A stretch of 64,000 bases of DNA. It comes from Candidatus Omnitrophota bacterium. GTDB lineage: Bacteria > Omnitrophota > Gorgyraeia > Zapsychrales > Fredricksoniimonadaceae. The stretch is from assembly GCA_044225175.1 (NCBI GenBank), contig JBGAJA010000004.1, positions 81,631 through 145,630 of the forward strand. The letters are read 5' to 3'. Of this stretch, positions 10,239 through 20,643 are shown piece by piece. The notes below the pieces were generated by a model, which saw only the letters and a program-made list of their open reading frames with translations, did no database searches and was not told the origin of the DNA. The position numbers were made by a program, and so were the translations under genes. The first letter of the stretch is position 1. Every line of letters begins with the position of its first letter.

Positions 10239-13109
10239 ATGAATCTCAAAATAATGATAGGAAATTATGATCTCCGCGTTGCTTGGGGCATTATCATTGC
10301 TTCGTTTTTGATCAAAGTATGCTACATATTTAATCTGACTCATTATTCCCAATCCTTATACGCCGATATGGGGACATACTGGAATAGTAGTTTTGAAAGA
10401 TTGGCGGGCAATACCCACAGCATCACTCAATACGCAGTTTTTCCTACCTGCTATATCTTTATCTTAGCCGAATTCTTGCGTCTGATTAAATTGATTGGCT
10501 TAATTTCTCACGCCCTAAACATTGCTATTATTGTTAATATCCTTCTTTACGCTTTATCTGGTTATACTTTTTATCAAATTGCTTCTAAATTAATAAAAAG
10601 AAAATCAATCGCATTAACTGCTTTAATATTTTACTCAATATCCTATACAGCCACTTATTTAAACGCTTTGATTCTTCCTGAAAATTTAGCAATTCCCCTT
10701 TTAGTGATCATCACATCTATTCTTCTTTTAAAACCACTTAATCTGAAGAATATTCTCCTCATTGGGTTTAGTTTAGGCATTATTGGATGCACCAAGCCCG
10801 TTTTCTTATTTATAAGCTTCGCTTTTATTCTTTATGTTTATTTCGAGACTATAAAGAAAGGTTTTTTAAAATTTTTTATATTCTTACTTGCTCTAGCATT
10901 TGTTCCTATATGGGTAGTCTCTGAGAACTATAAAATATCTGATACCAAACTGGTAGGTCTAGGCGCCTATGGAGGCGCTAATTTCTTCGCTGGCTGGACT
11001 CAAGCAGGAAAAGTAGAAAGTAGTAGTGAGGACGGTTTTTGGTGGATGTGCGGCACCCCTTTCCTTGATGGATCTAACACAAAAACATTCTCAACCAACA
11101 TACCATTCCGTAATCAAACTTATTATTATAATTTAGGGATTCAGACGATTTTAAAAGATCCCACTGTGCTTTACAGAAAATTAACGTGGTTTAAGAATTT
11201 ATTCTTCGGAATCTTCATACCTGCCCACTCCACACAACCATGGGGCTATGATGATCTCATGATGATCACCCAAATCATTCTTTTAACAATGACCATATTT
11301 ATCGGTTTCTGCATTTATTTTGCAAGAAAGAGTCATGATGAAAGAAAGATATTAAATTTCTTTATACTTTCAATTTTCTTTCTGATTCTAGGGCTTTACA
11401 TTATGGGGTACCCTGAAAGAAGATATTTTTATAGTATGGAATTTATTATTATTCTTCTTTCTTTTGTATGCTTCGACTGGCTTTTATCTGCTAAAAATTT
11501 CTTTATCAAACTTCAGGCATCAAATTTCAATATACAGTTAACTAAAACTAAAAAATTTCTGCCATTTGTTTTTCTTTTTCTGATTGTAGCCTATATCTAT
11601 CAGCCATCTTATTTAGATTATGCGAGACGAGACCATATCATCTTTATCAGCGAAAGAAATAACTATAAAAATGATACGGATTGGTTTAAGAATGCCATCA
11701 ACTATAATCGGACAAGGCATAGCGCGCCTGGAGATTACTACCTGTTTAGGCCAGCTTTCCATGCTTTTCTTAGTACTTACGATATCTTTTTTAGAAAGAA
11801 CCTACTTCTTAGCGGAATAACCAGCATTTGTCTTCATCTAGCTGTTGTTTTCTTGATCTTTTATATTCTCAAAACTCACTTTAATACCTTTATTGCACTG
11901 CCTATTTCTGGAATCTTTGCTAGTCAGTCTCTAGGCATAGAAATGGTTACTTGGAGGCATATCAGCTTTTATATGTTTAGCGTGATATTCTTACTGCTGT
12001 CCTTTTTAATGCTTAAATCACAAACAAGATTTAAATATCCTCTTTTTGGATTATTTCTATTTCTCGGAATGCTTTTTCATGAAATCATTCCTTGTTCCAT
12101 TATAGTAATGTTGATCATCCTATCTGTTTTCCTCTACAGCTCGATTGTTTTATTACATAAAAAAATATTTATTCCCAAGAAATTTCTGATCACTTCTTTG
12201 ATCTCTATTTTGCTGTTTTTGCTTTTTGATTGGCTGAGCTGGATGATAACCCATCCCCCATCCCTGCTTGGACCTGCTGATCATTTAACGATGAATTTAG
12301 GATTTGTTACGAGCTCACTTATAAATCTTATTCAATACCTTGGTCTTGGTATAAAAACATTCTTCTATCCATTCTTAATGAATTTAAGCTGGGATAAATC
12401 TACGAGTGACTGGGCTTATTTCTCATTAAAAATCTCATCTGATCATTTTCTAAAATACATTCCCTGGAGCATAGCCGCAGTCATACTCATCTTTTCTACA
12501 ACCGTGATAACTCTACGAAGAATCTTAACGTCGAATCATTCAATTTCTGATCTTATCGCCCTATGGTCATGCTGTGCTTTAAGCGCATTAACACTCATGT
12601 ATTCTTTCATGCGGTTGAGCCTCAGAGACACTGGTTACGGCAGTTTCTCAACTTACTATTATTGGTTTATTTCCTTATTCTATGTTTTTATAGTGTCCTA
12701 TCTTCTTAACTTAATACTAAATAAAATATCTACGGAACATTATAAAAGAGTGCTGATTGTATTTATTTATATCATTTCATCCGTTTTTATACTTACCCAA
12801 GCCCCTAAGGCAAGAAATAGCATTCAAAAGAATTATGACCTTCCATGGGCAAAACAAATTACACAAGCAATAGTAACTGCAGATTTGTACTTTAAATTGA
12901 ATCCTGATCAGTGTTTAGATCCTAGTGAAAAAAATCTTGGGGTTCCACCTCGTCATCTTCAATACTTTACCCTTCCTTATTATCTTCATAAGTATAATTG
13001 TGGTGTTGGTAAAGGCACTTCAATTGCTCATCTTGTCCGCACCAAGCAAGGCGTAACGGTGATCCAGCCTGGTCCATATCCTAATAAAGACCAATATAAA
13101 CCTTTATGA
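10239..13109 (+). CDS. Large polytopic membrane protein, probably two fused GT-C-like domains
   Basis: Many TM segments; two first-loop motifs (SLYADMGTYW; YARRDH...YYLFRP); visibly AT-rich. Confidence 0.55.
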   Translation: MNLKIMIGNYDLRVAWGIIIASFLIKVCYIFNLTHYSQSLYADMGTYWNSSFERLAGNTHSITQYAVFPTCYIFILAEFLRLIKLIGLISHALNIAIIVNILLYALSGYTFYQIASKLIKRKSIALTALIFYSISYTATYLNALILPENLAIPLLVIITSILLLKPLNLKNILLIGFSLGIIGCTKPVFLFISFAFILYVYFETIKKGFLKFFIFLLALAFVPIWVVSENYKISDTKLVGLGAYGGANFFAGWTQAGKVESSSEDGFWWMCGTPFLDGSNTKTFSTNIPFRNQTYYYNLGIQTILKDPTVLYRKLTWFKNLFFGIFIPAHSTQPWGYDDLMMITQIILLTMTIFIGFCIYFARKSHDERKILNFFILSIFFLILGLYIMGYPERRYFYSMEFIIILLSFVCFDWLLSAKNFFIKLQASNFNIQLTKTKKFLPFVFLFLIVAYIYQPSYLDYARRDHIIFISERNNYKNDTDWFKNAINYNRTRHSAPGDYYLFRPAFHAFLSTYDIFFRKNLLLSGITSICLHLAVVFLIFYILKTHFNTFIALPISGIFASQSLGIEMVTWRHISFYMFSVIFLLLSFLMLKSQTRFKYPLFGLFLFLGMLFHEIIPCSIIVMLIILSVFLYSSIVLLHKKIFIPKKFLITSLISILLFLLFDWLSWMITHPPSLLGPADHLTMNLGFVTSSLINLIQYLGLGIKTFFYPFLMNLSWDKSTSDWAYFSLKISSDHFLKYIPWSIAAVILIFSTTVITLRRILTSNHSISDLIALWSCCALSALTLMYSFMRLSLRDTGYGSFSTYYYWFISLFYVFIVSYLLNLILNKISTEHYKRVLIVFIYIISSVFILTQAPKARNSIQKNYDLPWAKQITQAIVTADLYFKLNPDQCLDPSEKNLGVPPRHLQYFTLPYYLHKYNCGVGKGTSIAHLVRTKQGVTVIQPGPYPNKDQYKPL

Positions 13110-13138
13110 TCATCTGCCGCTTGGATAGGATTATTTGA

Positions 13139-14884
13139 TTAATAAATGCCGGGAATGAATTTATAGGGAGTTTTTTGCTGATAGACTCTATATTCCGGAT
13201 TTGATGCAGACATAAACTGATCTTCTCTCATAGAGCGAATATAATAGGTTGCTAGGAATATATTACACATGCCTAACCACTGCATCGGTGTAGAAAAACC
13301 ATTAACGTACATCATAATAAACATAAAGGCTTCCAAAGTATAGGAAGGATGCCTGACTACACTATAAAAACCTGTTGTTCTCACTCCTTTATCCGTCATT
13401 ACCCCAAACATTGTTCCCAAGTTCCAAATTGAAAGTGTATAAAGTATATTCAAAAAAGCTTCTGCTATTAGAGTTAAATCTGACAAAGGACCTTGGGTAA
13501 ATATCGGTTCTAAACCAGTCAAAGATGGCGTCATTTGCCAAATGACTCCCCCTAATAAAGGAGAATAACAAACCGCATTAGTTGCCCATCCCATAAACGT
13601 AAAATCTAAGTTGCGAATACGCTTGCCCCAAAGATAACCAAAAACGGAATAACCATAACCTATTAAACATCCCACAATAGTAATGGACCACAACCAATAT
13701 CGCAGGACAGTGAATACCTCACGGAAGCTTAAAGAATGCTCAGAAGTCCCTCCTGGGGGCCATATAATCTGCGAAGCAGCCCTCAAATTCCCCTGTAAGA
13801 ACTCTAATAAGGTCCGACCAAAAGCATAAAAAATGATTAAATGAAGAGTCCAAAGCAATACATCACGCCAAACACCTTTAAACACTTTGGGATTTCTTTG
13901 TTTAAACTCAAGTAAATGCCAAAACCACCTAATAGGCGACATATTTTTCCAAATCAATAAACCAAGATATAAACCCCCTAACAATATATACAGTCCAATT
14001 TTATGTTTATATAAAGGAGAGCTTATTTCTGGCAGATGAATGGACCAATGAAACATAGAGTTACCCCAACGAACAATGATATTGGCTAAATATTCAAAAC
14101 AGCGAGGAAAAAAGTTCACGATAAACCATATAAAGGGGATGCCGAACATAATTTGCATGAAGAAATGAAACCTTTGAATATAACCTGCCTTCCCTTTTGA
14201 CCTTAACCAATTTCCCAATAAAAGCATGGGAGATTGATGACGAACAATAAAAAAATAACTGTATAAAACGATTGCAAGAATAAGAATCAATAATTCAAAA
14301 AGAAAAATAAATGGATTGGGTAAAATAACGACCTGAGTTGCAACCGTGTACTCACTGACTGATAAATTCTTAGCATTGTATCCCTCTTGGAGTTTAATCA
14401 AATTACTCCAAGATTCATCTTCTTGAAGATCTTGCAATTGGATACGTCCGACAACTTTTCGGTCTTTATAAAGACATAAAATATCTCCGGTATGAAATCC
14501 TAGCCGAGAACCTACAGATACTTTAATTCTAGGACCCTCTACCTCTAAAACACGCCCATGACGCCCCATAGGCCACTTATATTTCTCGGGACTATAAGAA
14601 GCTATGACTCGATTGCCATTTACAGATGAAATAGTTACATCTCCAATACTGAAATTTAACTCGGAAAAAAAACGGTAAATAGGAAAAGAGCTGCCTTCCT
14701 TAAGAAAGGAGCTATCTGTGACCGAAAAAGCCACGTGGGAAGAGTCAATCGTTTGATCTATGTTATAGTGTTTTTCAAATAAAAGATGCAGAGGGATTAA
14801 GAAGAGAATTGCTAAAACTAACCAAAGCGCTAATTCATAAAGAAAATGACAAAGATGATGAGGACTATAGGATGGATTAGACAT
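13139..14884 (-). CDS. Membrane protein with N-terminal extracytoplasmic beta domain and C-terminal ICMT/PEMT-like methyltransferase domain
   Basis: TTGFYSVVRHPSY...RED...YRVYQQKTPYKFIPGIY. Confidence 0.7.
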   Translation of the reverse strand: MSNPSYSPHHLCHFLYELALWLVLAILFLIPLHLLFEKHYNIDQTIDSSHVAFSVTDSSFLKEGSSFPIYRFFSELNFSIGDVTISSVNGNRVIASYSPEKYKWPMGRHGRVLEVEGPRIKVSVGSRLGFHTGDILCLYKDRKVVGRIQLQDLQEDESWSNLIKLQEGYNAKNLSVSEYTVATQVVILPNPFIFLFELLILILAIVLYSYFFIVRHQSPMLLLGNWLRSKGKAGYIQRFHFFMQIMFGIPFIWFIVNFFPRCFEYLANIIVRWGNSMFHWSIHLPEISSPLYKHKIGLYILLGGLYLGLLIWKNMSPIRWFWHLLEFKQRNPKVFKGVWRDVLLWTLHLIIFYAFGRTLLEFLQGNLRAASQIIWPPGGTSEHSLSFREVFTVLRYWLWSITIVGCLIGYGYSVFGYLWGKRIRNLDFTFMGWATNAVCYSPLLGGVIWQMTPSLTGLEPIFTQGPLSDLTLIAEAFLNILYTLSIWNLGTMFGVMTDKGVRTTGFYSVVRHPSYTLEAFMFIMMYVNGFSTPMQWLGMCNIFLATYYIRSMREDQFMSASNPEYRVYQQKTPYKFIPGIY

Positions 14885-15931
14885 TTACCATTTAAAGGCG
14901 ACCCCAGTGCGTTGACATTGTTTGCAAATCTCCATGCTGGGACGTCCTTGAGTTTTCATGCGTTCTCGAGTTGACTGAGCTTCTTTACCATTCCAAATCG
15001 CTTTAACGTTAGATGCCTTAGTCTGAAAAGTAGTATACGGCTTAATATCGCTCCAGATTACCCCTTCACAGCACTGCAAAACCTCACCATTAAAATTGAC
15101 CTGCATGGCCTTCCACAGCCAATCACAGGAGATAGGCAGCGTTGAAGTAGGAAGCGCAGTTTCCTTTCCTTCCAACCCGCCTCGAGGATTGCCCTGTCTA
15201 AAACTTAGCATTAAACCATTTTCTTTACAAAATTGTCGAATCAAAGGAATCTGATGTTGATTATATTGGTACGTAATCCAGTCAATCAGAATGACTGTAT
15301 GTGCTTTTAGTTCCTTTTTTAAACGAGCTACCATTCGAATATTTGCTTTGAGCTTCTCTACTTCCCCGTAACGAATTTGGATACTATAGATATCCTGAGT
15401 GAATCCACCCAGCTGGATTTTAATAAAATCAATTCCTCCTCCCAGGATTCCTCTGGCATTTTCTTCAGTAAATAAAAGGCCATTTGTTGAAATCATAGTC
15501 ATCACATTACGTTCTGTTGAGAATTTCACGAGCGAAGCCAGATCTTTATATAAAAGAGGCTCTCCATTAGTGTAAAGAACAGCTATTAACACATCTTCCT
15601 TGATCTGATCAATGATATCTTTGGCCATTTCAGTAGGCATTTTTCCCTTAGAAATGCTATCAATCACTGGTTTCTGGGGATTAATGTTATAGATCTTCCC
15701 CTTAGCATCTCGACAAAATAGACATCCCGCGTTGCACTCATTCCATAACTCTAAACTCAAAATAAATGGAGAAACTGCAGATTTATTAGTTTTAAAGATA
15801 TAAGCCCAGGAACATAAAAATACATTCCATAATTTACGAAATGTGATTTTCCCATTAGACAAAGCAGTTAAAAACAGTCGGACTTTTAGAAAAAAATAAT
15901 GATTATGTTTAGGTGTCTTAAGTTTGTTCAT
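14885..15931 (-). CDS. Radical SAM protein with SPASM/twitch domain
   Basis: CNAGCLFC, NGEPLL, C-terminal CDWLW...CC...CKQC; likely start ATG 15931 rather than 16045. Confidence 0.85.
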   Translation of the reverse strand: MNKLKTPKHNHYFFLKVRLFLTALSNGKITFRKLWNVFLCSWAYIFKTNKSAVSPFILSLELWNECNAGCLFCRDAKGKIYNINPQKPVIDSISKGKMPTEMAKDIIDQIKEDVLIAVLYTNGEPLLYKDLASLVKFSTERNVMTMISTNGLLFTEENARGILGGGIDFIKIQLGGFTQDIYSIQIRYGEVEKLKANIRMVARLKKELKAHTVILIDWITYQYNQHQIPLIRQFCKENGLMLSFRQGNPRGGLEGKETALPTSTLPISCDWLWKAMQVNFNGEVLQCCEGVIWSDIKPYTTFQTKASNVKAIWNGKEAQSTRERMKTQGRPSMEICKQCQRTGVAFKW

Positions 15932-16907
15932 CTTTAAAACCGTAAGTTGAGCTGATAATGTAACGAGGTCGATTTTTGGTTTGTTCGTGAATAGAATGTA
16001 CATATAAACCAATGGCCCCAAGACAAAAAAGCTGCACTGCCCCAATAAACAAAATAACGATCATCAATGCCGTCCATCCTGGAATTGCTTTGCCCTGAAT
16101 TTTCTGGGATAACGCATAACCCATCAATATAACATCAATAAATACCGTCAGTATTCCACAATAGGAAGCAATCTCAAGCGGAACAGAAGAGAAATTAATC
16201 AGAGCTGAATTTAAAAAATTAGAAACAACTTTCTTGCTTAGAACAAAAAACTTGCTCTTTCCTGCAAAACGAGGCTGACGCTCATAAGGAACAAAAACCT
16301 GTTTAAATCCTGCATAAGCAATCAATCCTCGAATAAAAGGCCTAGATTCATTCATAGTCAAAAGATGGTTAACCATCCTTCTTGACAAAAGTTTAAAATC
16401 ACCTGCTTCTTGAGGAATTTCAACGGAGGAATAACGATTTAGAATATAGTAACCAACTCGGGTTATGAGTAATTTTAAAGAAGATTCTCCATATCTTTTC
16501 TTACGGAGAGTATGCACCACATCAACTTTGTGATCTTCCTGGAATTTCACGAGCATTTGAGGGATCAGTTCCGGAGGGTCTTGTAAATCACAATCCATAT
16601 AAATAACAGCATCACCCTTTGCCTTGGCTAAACCTGCCATGACACAAACTGAAACTCCAAAGGCACGTGACATTGAAATAATTTTTATGTCATGATTATT
16701 TTCATCGAGCTTAAGAAGTATGGCTGCACTTTGATCTGTAGAACAATCATCGACAAATAAAAGCTCCCAACCAGAAATTCTTCCGGCAGAACGAAGGTCA
16801 ACGAGTACTTTTCTTAGACGTTCAACAAATGATTCAAGAACATCGGATTCATTGCGAAAAGAAAATACTAAAGATAGAAATACAACTTTATGAGAGGAAA
16901 TTTCCAT
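15918..16907 (-). CDS. GT2 polyprenol-phosphate glycosyltransferase (GtrB/ArnC-like)
   Basis: FVDDCSTD, MDCDLQDPPE, GDFKLL, two C-terminal TM helices. Confidence 0.9.
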   Translation of the reverse strand: MEISSHKVVFLSLVFSFRNESDVLESFVERLRKVLVDLRSAGRISGWELLFVDDCSTDQSAAILLKLDENNHDIKIISMSRAFGVSVCVMAGLAKAKGDAVIYMDCDLQDPPELIPQMLVKFQEDHKVDVVHTLRKKRYGESSLKLLITRVGYYILNRYSSVEIPQEAGDFKLLSRRMVNHLLTMNESRPFIRGLIAYAGFKQVFVPYERQPRFAGKSKFFVLSKKVVSNFLNSALINFSSVPLEIASYCGILTVFIDVILMGYALSQKIQGKAIPGWTALMIVILFIGAVQLFCLGAIGLYVHSIHEQTKNRPRYIISSTYGFKDEQT

Positions 16908-16929
16908 GGAAAAAAAGAATCACAAACAC

Positions 16930-18036
16930 TTACCTACAATGTCCAAGAATACAAGAATAACCCGCACAACAAGGCTTAACAAGAGAGCAAAGAGGAGGAT
17001 TCGTGCAAGAGCCAGTCCCTGTAGCAGTTCCAGTAGCAGTTCCCGCCCCACCTCCAGAAGCACATGGAGCACACAACGATGCAACACAACAATAAAGAAG
17101 ATTATCCGAACAATCTCCATCATCAATACATGCTATGTTTTGAGCTGAAGAATGTGCGGAGCCCGTTGATGAACCTGTTGAACTTCCAGTGGATGACCCG
17201 GTCGAGCTTCCGGTAGATGAACCTGTTGAACTACCTGTAGATGAACCTGTCGCACTTCCTGTCGATGAGCCTGTTGAGCTTCCGGTGGATGAACCTGTCG
17301 AACTTCCTGTCGATGAACCTGTTGAGCTTCCTGTAGATGAGCCTGTTGAGCTTCCGGTGGATGAACCGGTTGAACTTCCGGTGGATGAACCTGTCGAACT
17401 TCCCGTGGATGAACCGGTTGAACTTCCGGTAGATGAACCTGTCGAACTACCCGTGGATGAACCGGTTGAACTTCCTGTTGAAGAACCCGTTGCACTTCCT
17501 GTTGAAGAACCCGTTGAGCTTCCTGTAGAGGATCCAGTACCACTTCCATTTCCAGAATTGTTGCCCTGAGCATCACATGCATGAAAGTTAGCTTGATGAG
17601 CGACCTTAGAAATAGGATCTATACATTCATTGGGATAGCAATTACTCTTAAATGTTCCATCACAATCATAACCGCACTTACCTGTAAGGTGATTTATATC
17701 GTTGTTAGGTGTGCAACCCGGATGGATACCACAATAAACTAAATACCCACTTCCCATTCGTACGGAACTCTTACCATCTGGAGGAAGGATAGTATCTGTG
17801 CTACTTGCTATTGCATATGGATTCCCGTTAGTCCCTTTCTTAATATCATAAATAACAATCTTCCCGGTATTAGAATCCAAACCTGTTACTCTAAATCCAC
17901 TGTCATTAGCAGCACAAGGATAGTCGGGGTCGTCAGCAAAGCTTTGTGAAGAAAAAATTAAAAGAAAAAAAAGTACGAGGCTGGTATTTTGAATGATTTT
18001 AATAAATTGATTGTTTGGCATGGTCAACATATTCAT
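16930..18036 (-). CDS. Secreted Cys-rich protein with (GSST)n linker
   Basis: Signal peptide ending SFA, Cys-rich N-domain, 31 GS[S/A]T units, two small six-Cys C-terminal modules. Confidence 0.8.
   Translation of the reverse strand: MNMLTMPNNQFIKIIQNTSLVLFFLLIFSSQSFADDPDYPCAANDSGFRVTGLDSNTGKIVIYDIKKGTNGNPYAIASSTDTILPPDGKSSVRMGSGYLVYCGIHPGCTPNNDINHLTGKCGYDCDGTFKSNCYPNECIDPISKVAHQANFHACDAQGNNSGNGSGTGSSTGSSTGSSTGSATGSSTGSSTGSSTGSSTGSSTGSSTGSSTGSSTGSSTGSSTGSSTGSSTGSSTGSSTGSSTGSSTGSSTGSSTGSSTGSATGSSTGSSTGSSTGSSTGSSTGSSTGSSTGSAHSSAQNIACIDDGDCSDNLLYCCVASLCAPCASGGGAGTATGTATGTGSCTNPPLCSLVKPCCAGYSCILGHCR
17164..17535 (-). repeat. 12-bp coding tandem repeat, 31 units (GSST/GSAT)
   Basis: 372 bp with 12-bp period and varied synonymous codons. 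Confidence 0.95.
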
Positions 18037-18040
18037 TCTC

Positions 18041-18286
18041 CTAGAATGGAGGTGTATCTAAACATCCTGTGAATGACCCTACGGCCCACATAGCATTAGC
18101 TGGAGGTGATACCGGAGCTACCTTATAACAAGGATAAATTAATTTGTTTGTTACAGTCAAGTTTTCATAATACCCATTAGGTGCAGGATAGTAGGTTGTC
18201 ATATTGATGGTGCCTGCGTAAACCTTGATGGCCCAAGCAGCTAGGATAACTGCTCCTGCAATGACTATTAACTTATTTGACTTCAT
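18041..18286 (-). CDS. Small secreted protein
   Basis: Signal peptide ending VYA, MTTYYPAPNG motif; AAGGAG SD upstream. Confidence 0.75.
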   Translation of the reverse strand: MKSNKLIVIAGAVILAAWAIKVYAGTINMTTYYPAPNGYYENLTVTNKLIYPCYKVAPVSPPANAMWAVGSFTGCLDTPPF

Positions 18287-18324
18287 GACATCTCCTTTAA
18301 AGACCTGCTTACTTCTCTACTTAA

Positions 18325-18352
18325 AATATACACTATAATTCTTATATGTCAA
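18325..18352 (-). promoter_or_regulatory. Putative sigma-70 promoter of the 18286->13139 gene run
   Basis: TTGACA-N16-TATATT. Confidence 0.55.
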
Positions 18353-18417
18353 CACAGCCTAAAACTAAATATTTTCTCAACCCTATGAGTGAAAAGGCTT
18401 TATAAACTTAAAAGAAA

Positions 18418-18493
18418 CGCCCCCGGGCCGAATCGAACGGCCAGCCTAGACGTTAGGAGTGTCTCGCTCTATCCAAGATTGAGCTACAGGGGC
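18418..18493 (-). tRNA. tRNA-Arg(CCT), CCA not encoded
   Basis: Cloverleaf GCCCCTG/CGGGGGC acceptor, GCTC/GAGC D-stem, loop CTCCTAA, T-arm GGCCG-TTCGATT-CGGCC; one A-C mismatch at the base of the anticodon loop. Confidence 0.92.
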
Positions 18494-18500
18494 AAATGAT

Positions 18501-18523
18501 AAAAAGGTGTCTGACACCTTTTT
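18501..18523. repeat. 23-bp palindrome, intergenic copy between TPR gene stop and tRNA
   Basis: AAAAAGGTGTCTGACACCTTTTT overlapping the last base of TAA, same register as at 1631. Confidence 0.95.
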
Positions 18524-20640
18524 TACTTTTTTCTATATGGTGCCAAAGACTTCAGGTATTCAACTGGTGGATTATAGCCTAAAAGCTGGGCTTCTTCCAG
18601 ATAATGAATAGCGCCGGCAAAGTCTCTAGATTTAAAAGAAAGTATCGATAAATTTACAAATGCGCTTTGATGGTTTTTGTTGATGCCAACTGTTTTCAAA
18701 TAAGAAGCCATAGCCTCTGCGTCTTGTCCTAGCTGAGCATATACATTTCCCATATTGTAGTAAGCTTCTGCCTGCTGAGAATCTTTTTCTAAAGATTTTT
18801 CGTAATAATTTAAAGCTTCTTTCAACTCTCCTGCCGACTCAGATAGGTACCCCAAATAAAAATAAGGTTTGGCATCCCTAGGGTCTAAATTTATTGCTTT
18901 TTGATAAAACATTCTTGAGCGATCAAGATCAGAAAGCGCATTGTAAATAATCCCAAGGTTTAAATAACCTTGAGCATGCTTTGGATAAAAGTGCAGCAAT
19001 TGTTGGTAAACCATAAGAGCACTCTTTAAATCCCCCATTTGTTGGTAACGATTGCCCAGATTTAATAATGCCTTCTCATAACGAGGATTTAACTCCAAAG
19101 ACTTCTTATAAAAACGAATCGCTTCTTCAAAACCACCAACCTGCTCATACAAGAAACCCAAATTTAAATAGTCTGCCGCTGTGTATTTCTTTCTTTTCGA
19201 TATCTCTTCAAAATTTGAAAGAACTTCTTCTCTTTGCTCCTGATACAGTTTTTCTTGAGGATTCTTTTCAATACCATCGGAATAGGCTTTAATAATACGC
19301 GAATAAATCTCTTCATCTTCAGGATTGAATTTTAAAAGACGATTAAAATGATCTATCGCACTTCGAGGGTTATTCATCTTTTGAGATAGCACTCCCAAAC
19401 TAAAAAGAACATCTTTCGCCTTTGGATCTATCTCCAAAGCTTTGTTATATATCAACAGCGCTTCATTATTCTTTTCAATGTCCTCATAAACCTTTCCCAA
19501 ATGAAGATAGGAATCCATATAAGTACCATCTTTGCCAATAGCTTGTTTATAAAGGTCAATGACTTCCTCCATCTTCCTAAACTTCGACTTATCAATCGAG
19601 ATCTTATTCTCAGCAGCTCCTTGCGAAACCAATTCCACATATGCACGATAATCATTTTGCGACTGTTGGTATTCTGGAGTTTTCTCAATAGCTTCAGCCA
19701 AATAATTAAAAATAACTGGCCGGGGATTAAGTTTTAGCTGATGTTTCCACAAACTTACAGTATCTAACCAAACAAAACACTGGTAATAGGTTAAAATGGA
19801 CAAGCCCATCAAGAGCGTAGCTAAAGCAGCCATAAAGATCTGACCCAAGATTGCTTCCTGAGTCTTTAAAAACCGATACAAACGCCCTATCCAAAAAGCA
19901 GTGAATAAAGATACCATCACTAATGGTAAATAGAACAAATGATCTCTAAATAAGAAAGGTGGTGAAAGAAATATTGCTTTATTGTTAATGATTGCAAAAA
20001 CAAATGCAATCAGAAGAAATGGCCAGTATTTTATAAGATTGATTTGTTTTTTCTTTATCCAATCCATACAAATAATTGCCAATGGCAGACTAATCGCATG
20101 AGCTGAAGAAAGCATACTTAACAAGGCAAAAACTAAGCTTAATCTGAAGTTATCATTACGGTAATAAAGGATGGATAATAAATAAAACAAAACATACAGA
20201 AGCTCTTTTCTTTGCGATAGCCATCCTACCACCTCGACTTGTAAAGGATTTAACGCAAAAATTAAAGCTCCTCCAAATGCTTCAAAAAGACTCAGCTCAA
20301 AACTTATGGCCAATAAAAAAACTAAAATCACCACAGCGATATGCAGCAAAACATTGTCCAAATGAAACAGTAATGGGTTGAACCCCGCAATAAGACGCTC
20401 CAAAGAATAAGATAAAATGGGTATGGGAATATATTGATGATCGAATGAACGAGTTAGTATCGCCTTAATGTGCGCTCCATCAAAATTCTGCACATTGACA
20501 TTCTTAGTAATTAAAAGATCATCTTTATAGGAAAGAAAATGCGCTTTTAGAAGAGGACTGTAGCTTAAGAAAGTACACACAATTAATAATAAAATTAAGA
20601 GTGTTCTCCTTGAGGAAAATAACCGCGAGAATAAAGACAT
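18523..20640 (-). CDS. TMTC-like membrane protein (GT-C-like N-domain plus TPR array)
   Basis: FLSYKDD first loop, FALNPLQVEVVGWLSQRKELL, about ten TPRs. Confidence 0.8.
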   Translation of the reverse strand: MSLFSRLFSSRRTLLILLLIVCTFLSYSPLLKAHFLSYKDDLLITKNVNVQNFDGAHIKAILTRSFDHQYIPIPILSYSLERLIAGFNPLLFHLDNVLLHIAVVILVFLLAISFELSLFEAFGGALIFALNPLQVEVVGWLSQRKELLYVLFYLLSILYYRNDNFRLSLVFALLSMLSSAHAISLPLAIICMDWIKKKQINLIKYWPFLLIAFVFAIINNKAIFLSPPFLFRDHLFYLPLVMVSLFTAFWIGRLYRFLKTQEAILGQIFMAALATLLMGLSILTYYQCFVWLDTVSLWKHQLKLNPRPVIFNYLAEAIEKTPEYQQSQNDYRAYVELVSQGAAENKISIDKSKFRKMEEVIDLYKQAIGKDGTYMDSYLHLGKVYEDIEKNNEALLIYNKALEIDPKAKDVLFSLGVLSQKMNNPRSAIDHFNRLLKFNPEDEEIYSRIIKAYSDGIEKNPQEKLYQEQREEVLSNFEEISKRKKYTAADYLNLGFLYEQVGGFEEAIRFYKKSLELNPRYEKALLNLGNRYQQMGDLKSALMVYQQLLHFYPKHAQGYLNLGIIYNALSDLDRSRMFYQKAINLDPRDAKPYFYLGYLSESAGELKEALNYYEKSLEKDSQQAEAYYNMGNVYAQLGQDAEAMASYLKTVGINKNHQSAFVNLSILSFKSRDFAGAIHYLEEAQLLGYNPPVEYLKSLAPYRKK

Positions 20641-20643
20641 GGA

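Noticed and set aside
17133-17582. PVEL/PVDE and QEVQ repeat ORFs
   Set aside because: Antisense and alternative-frame readings of the GSST repeat
18418-18493. Integrative element at tRNA-Arg
   Set aside because: No integrase, and I found no duplicated tRNA 3' end in the window
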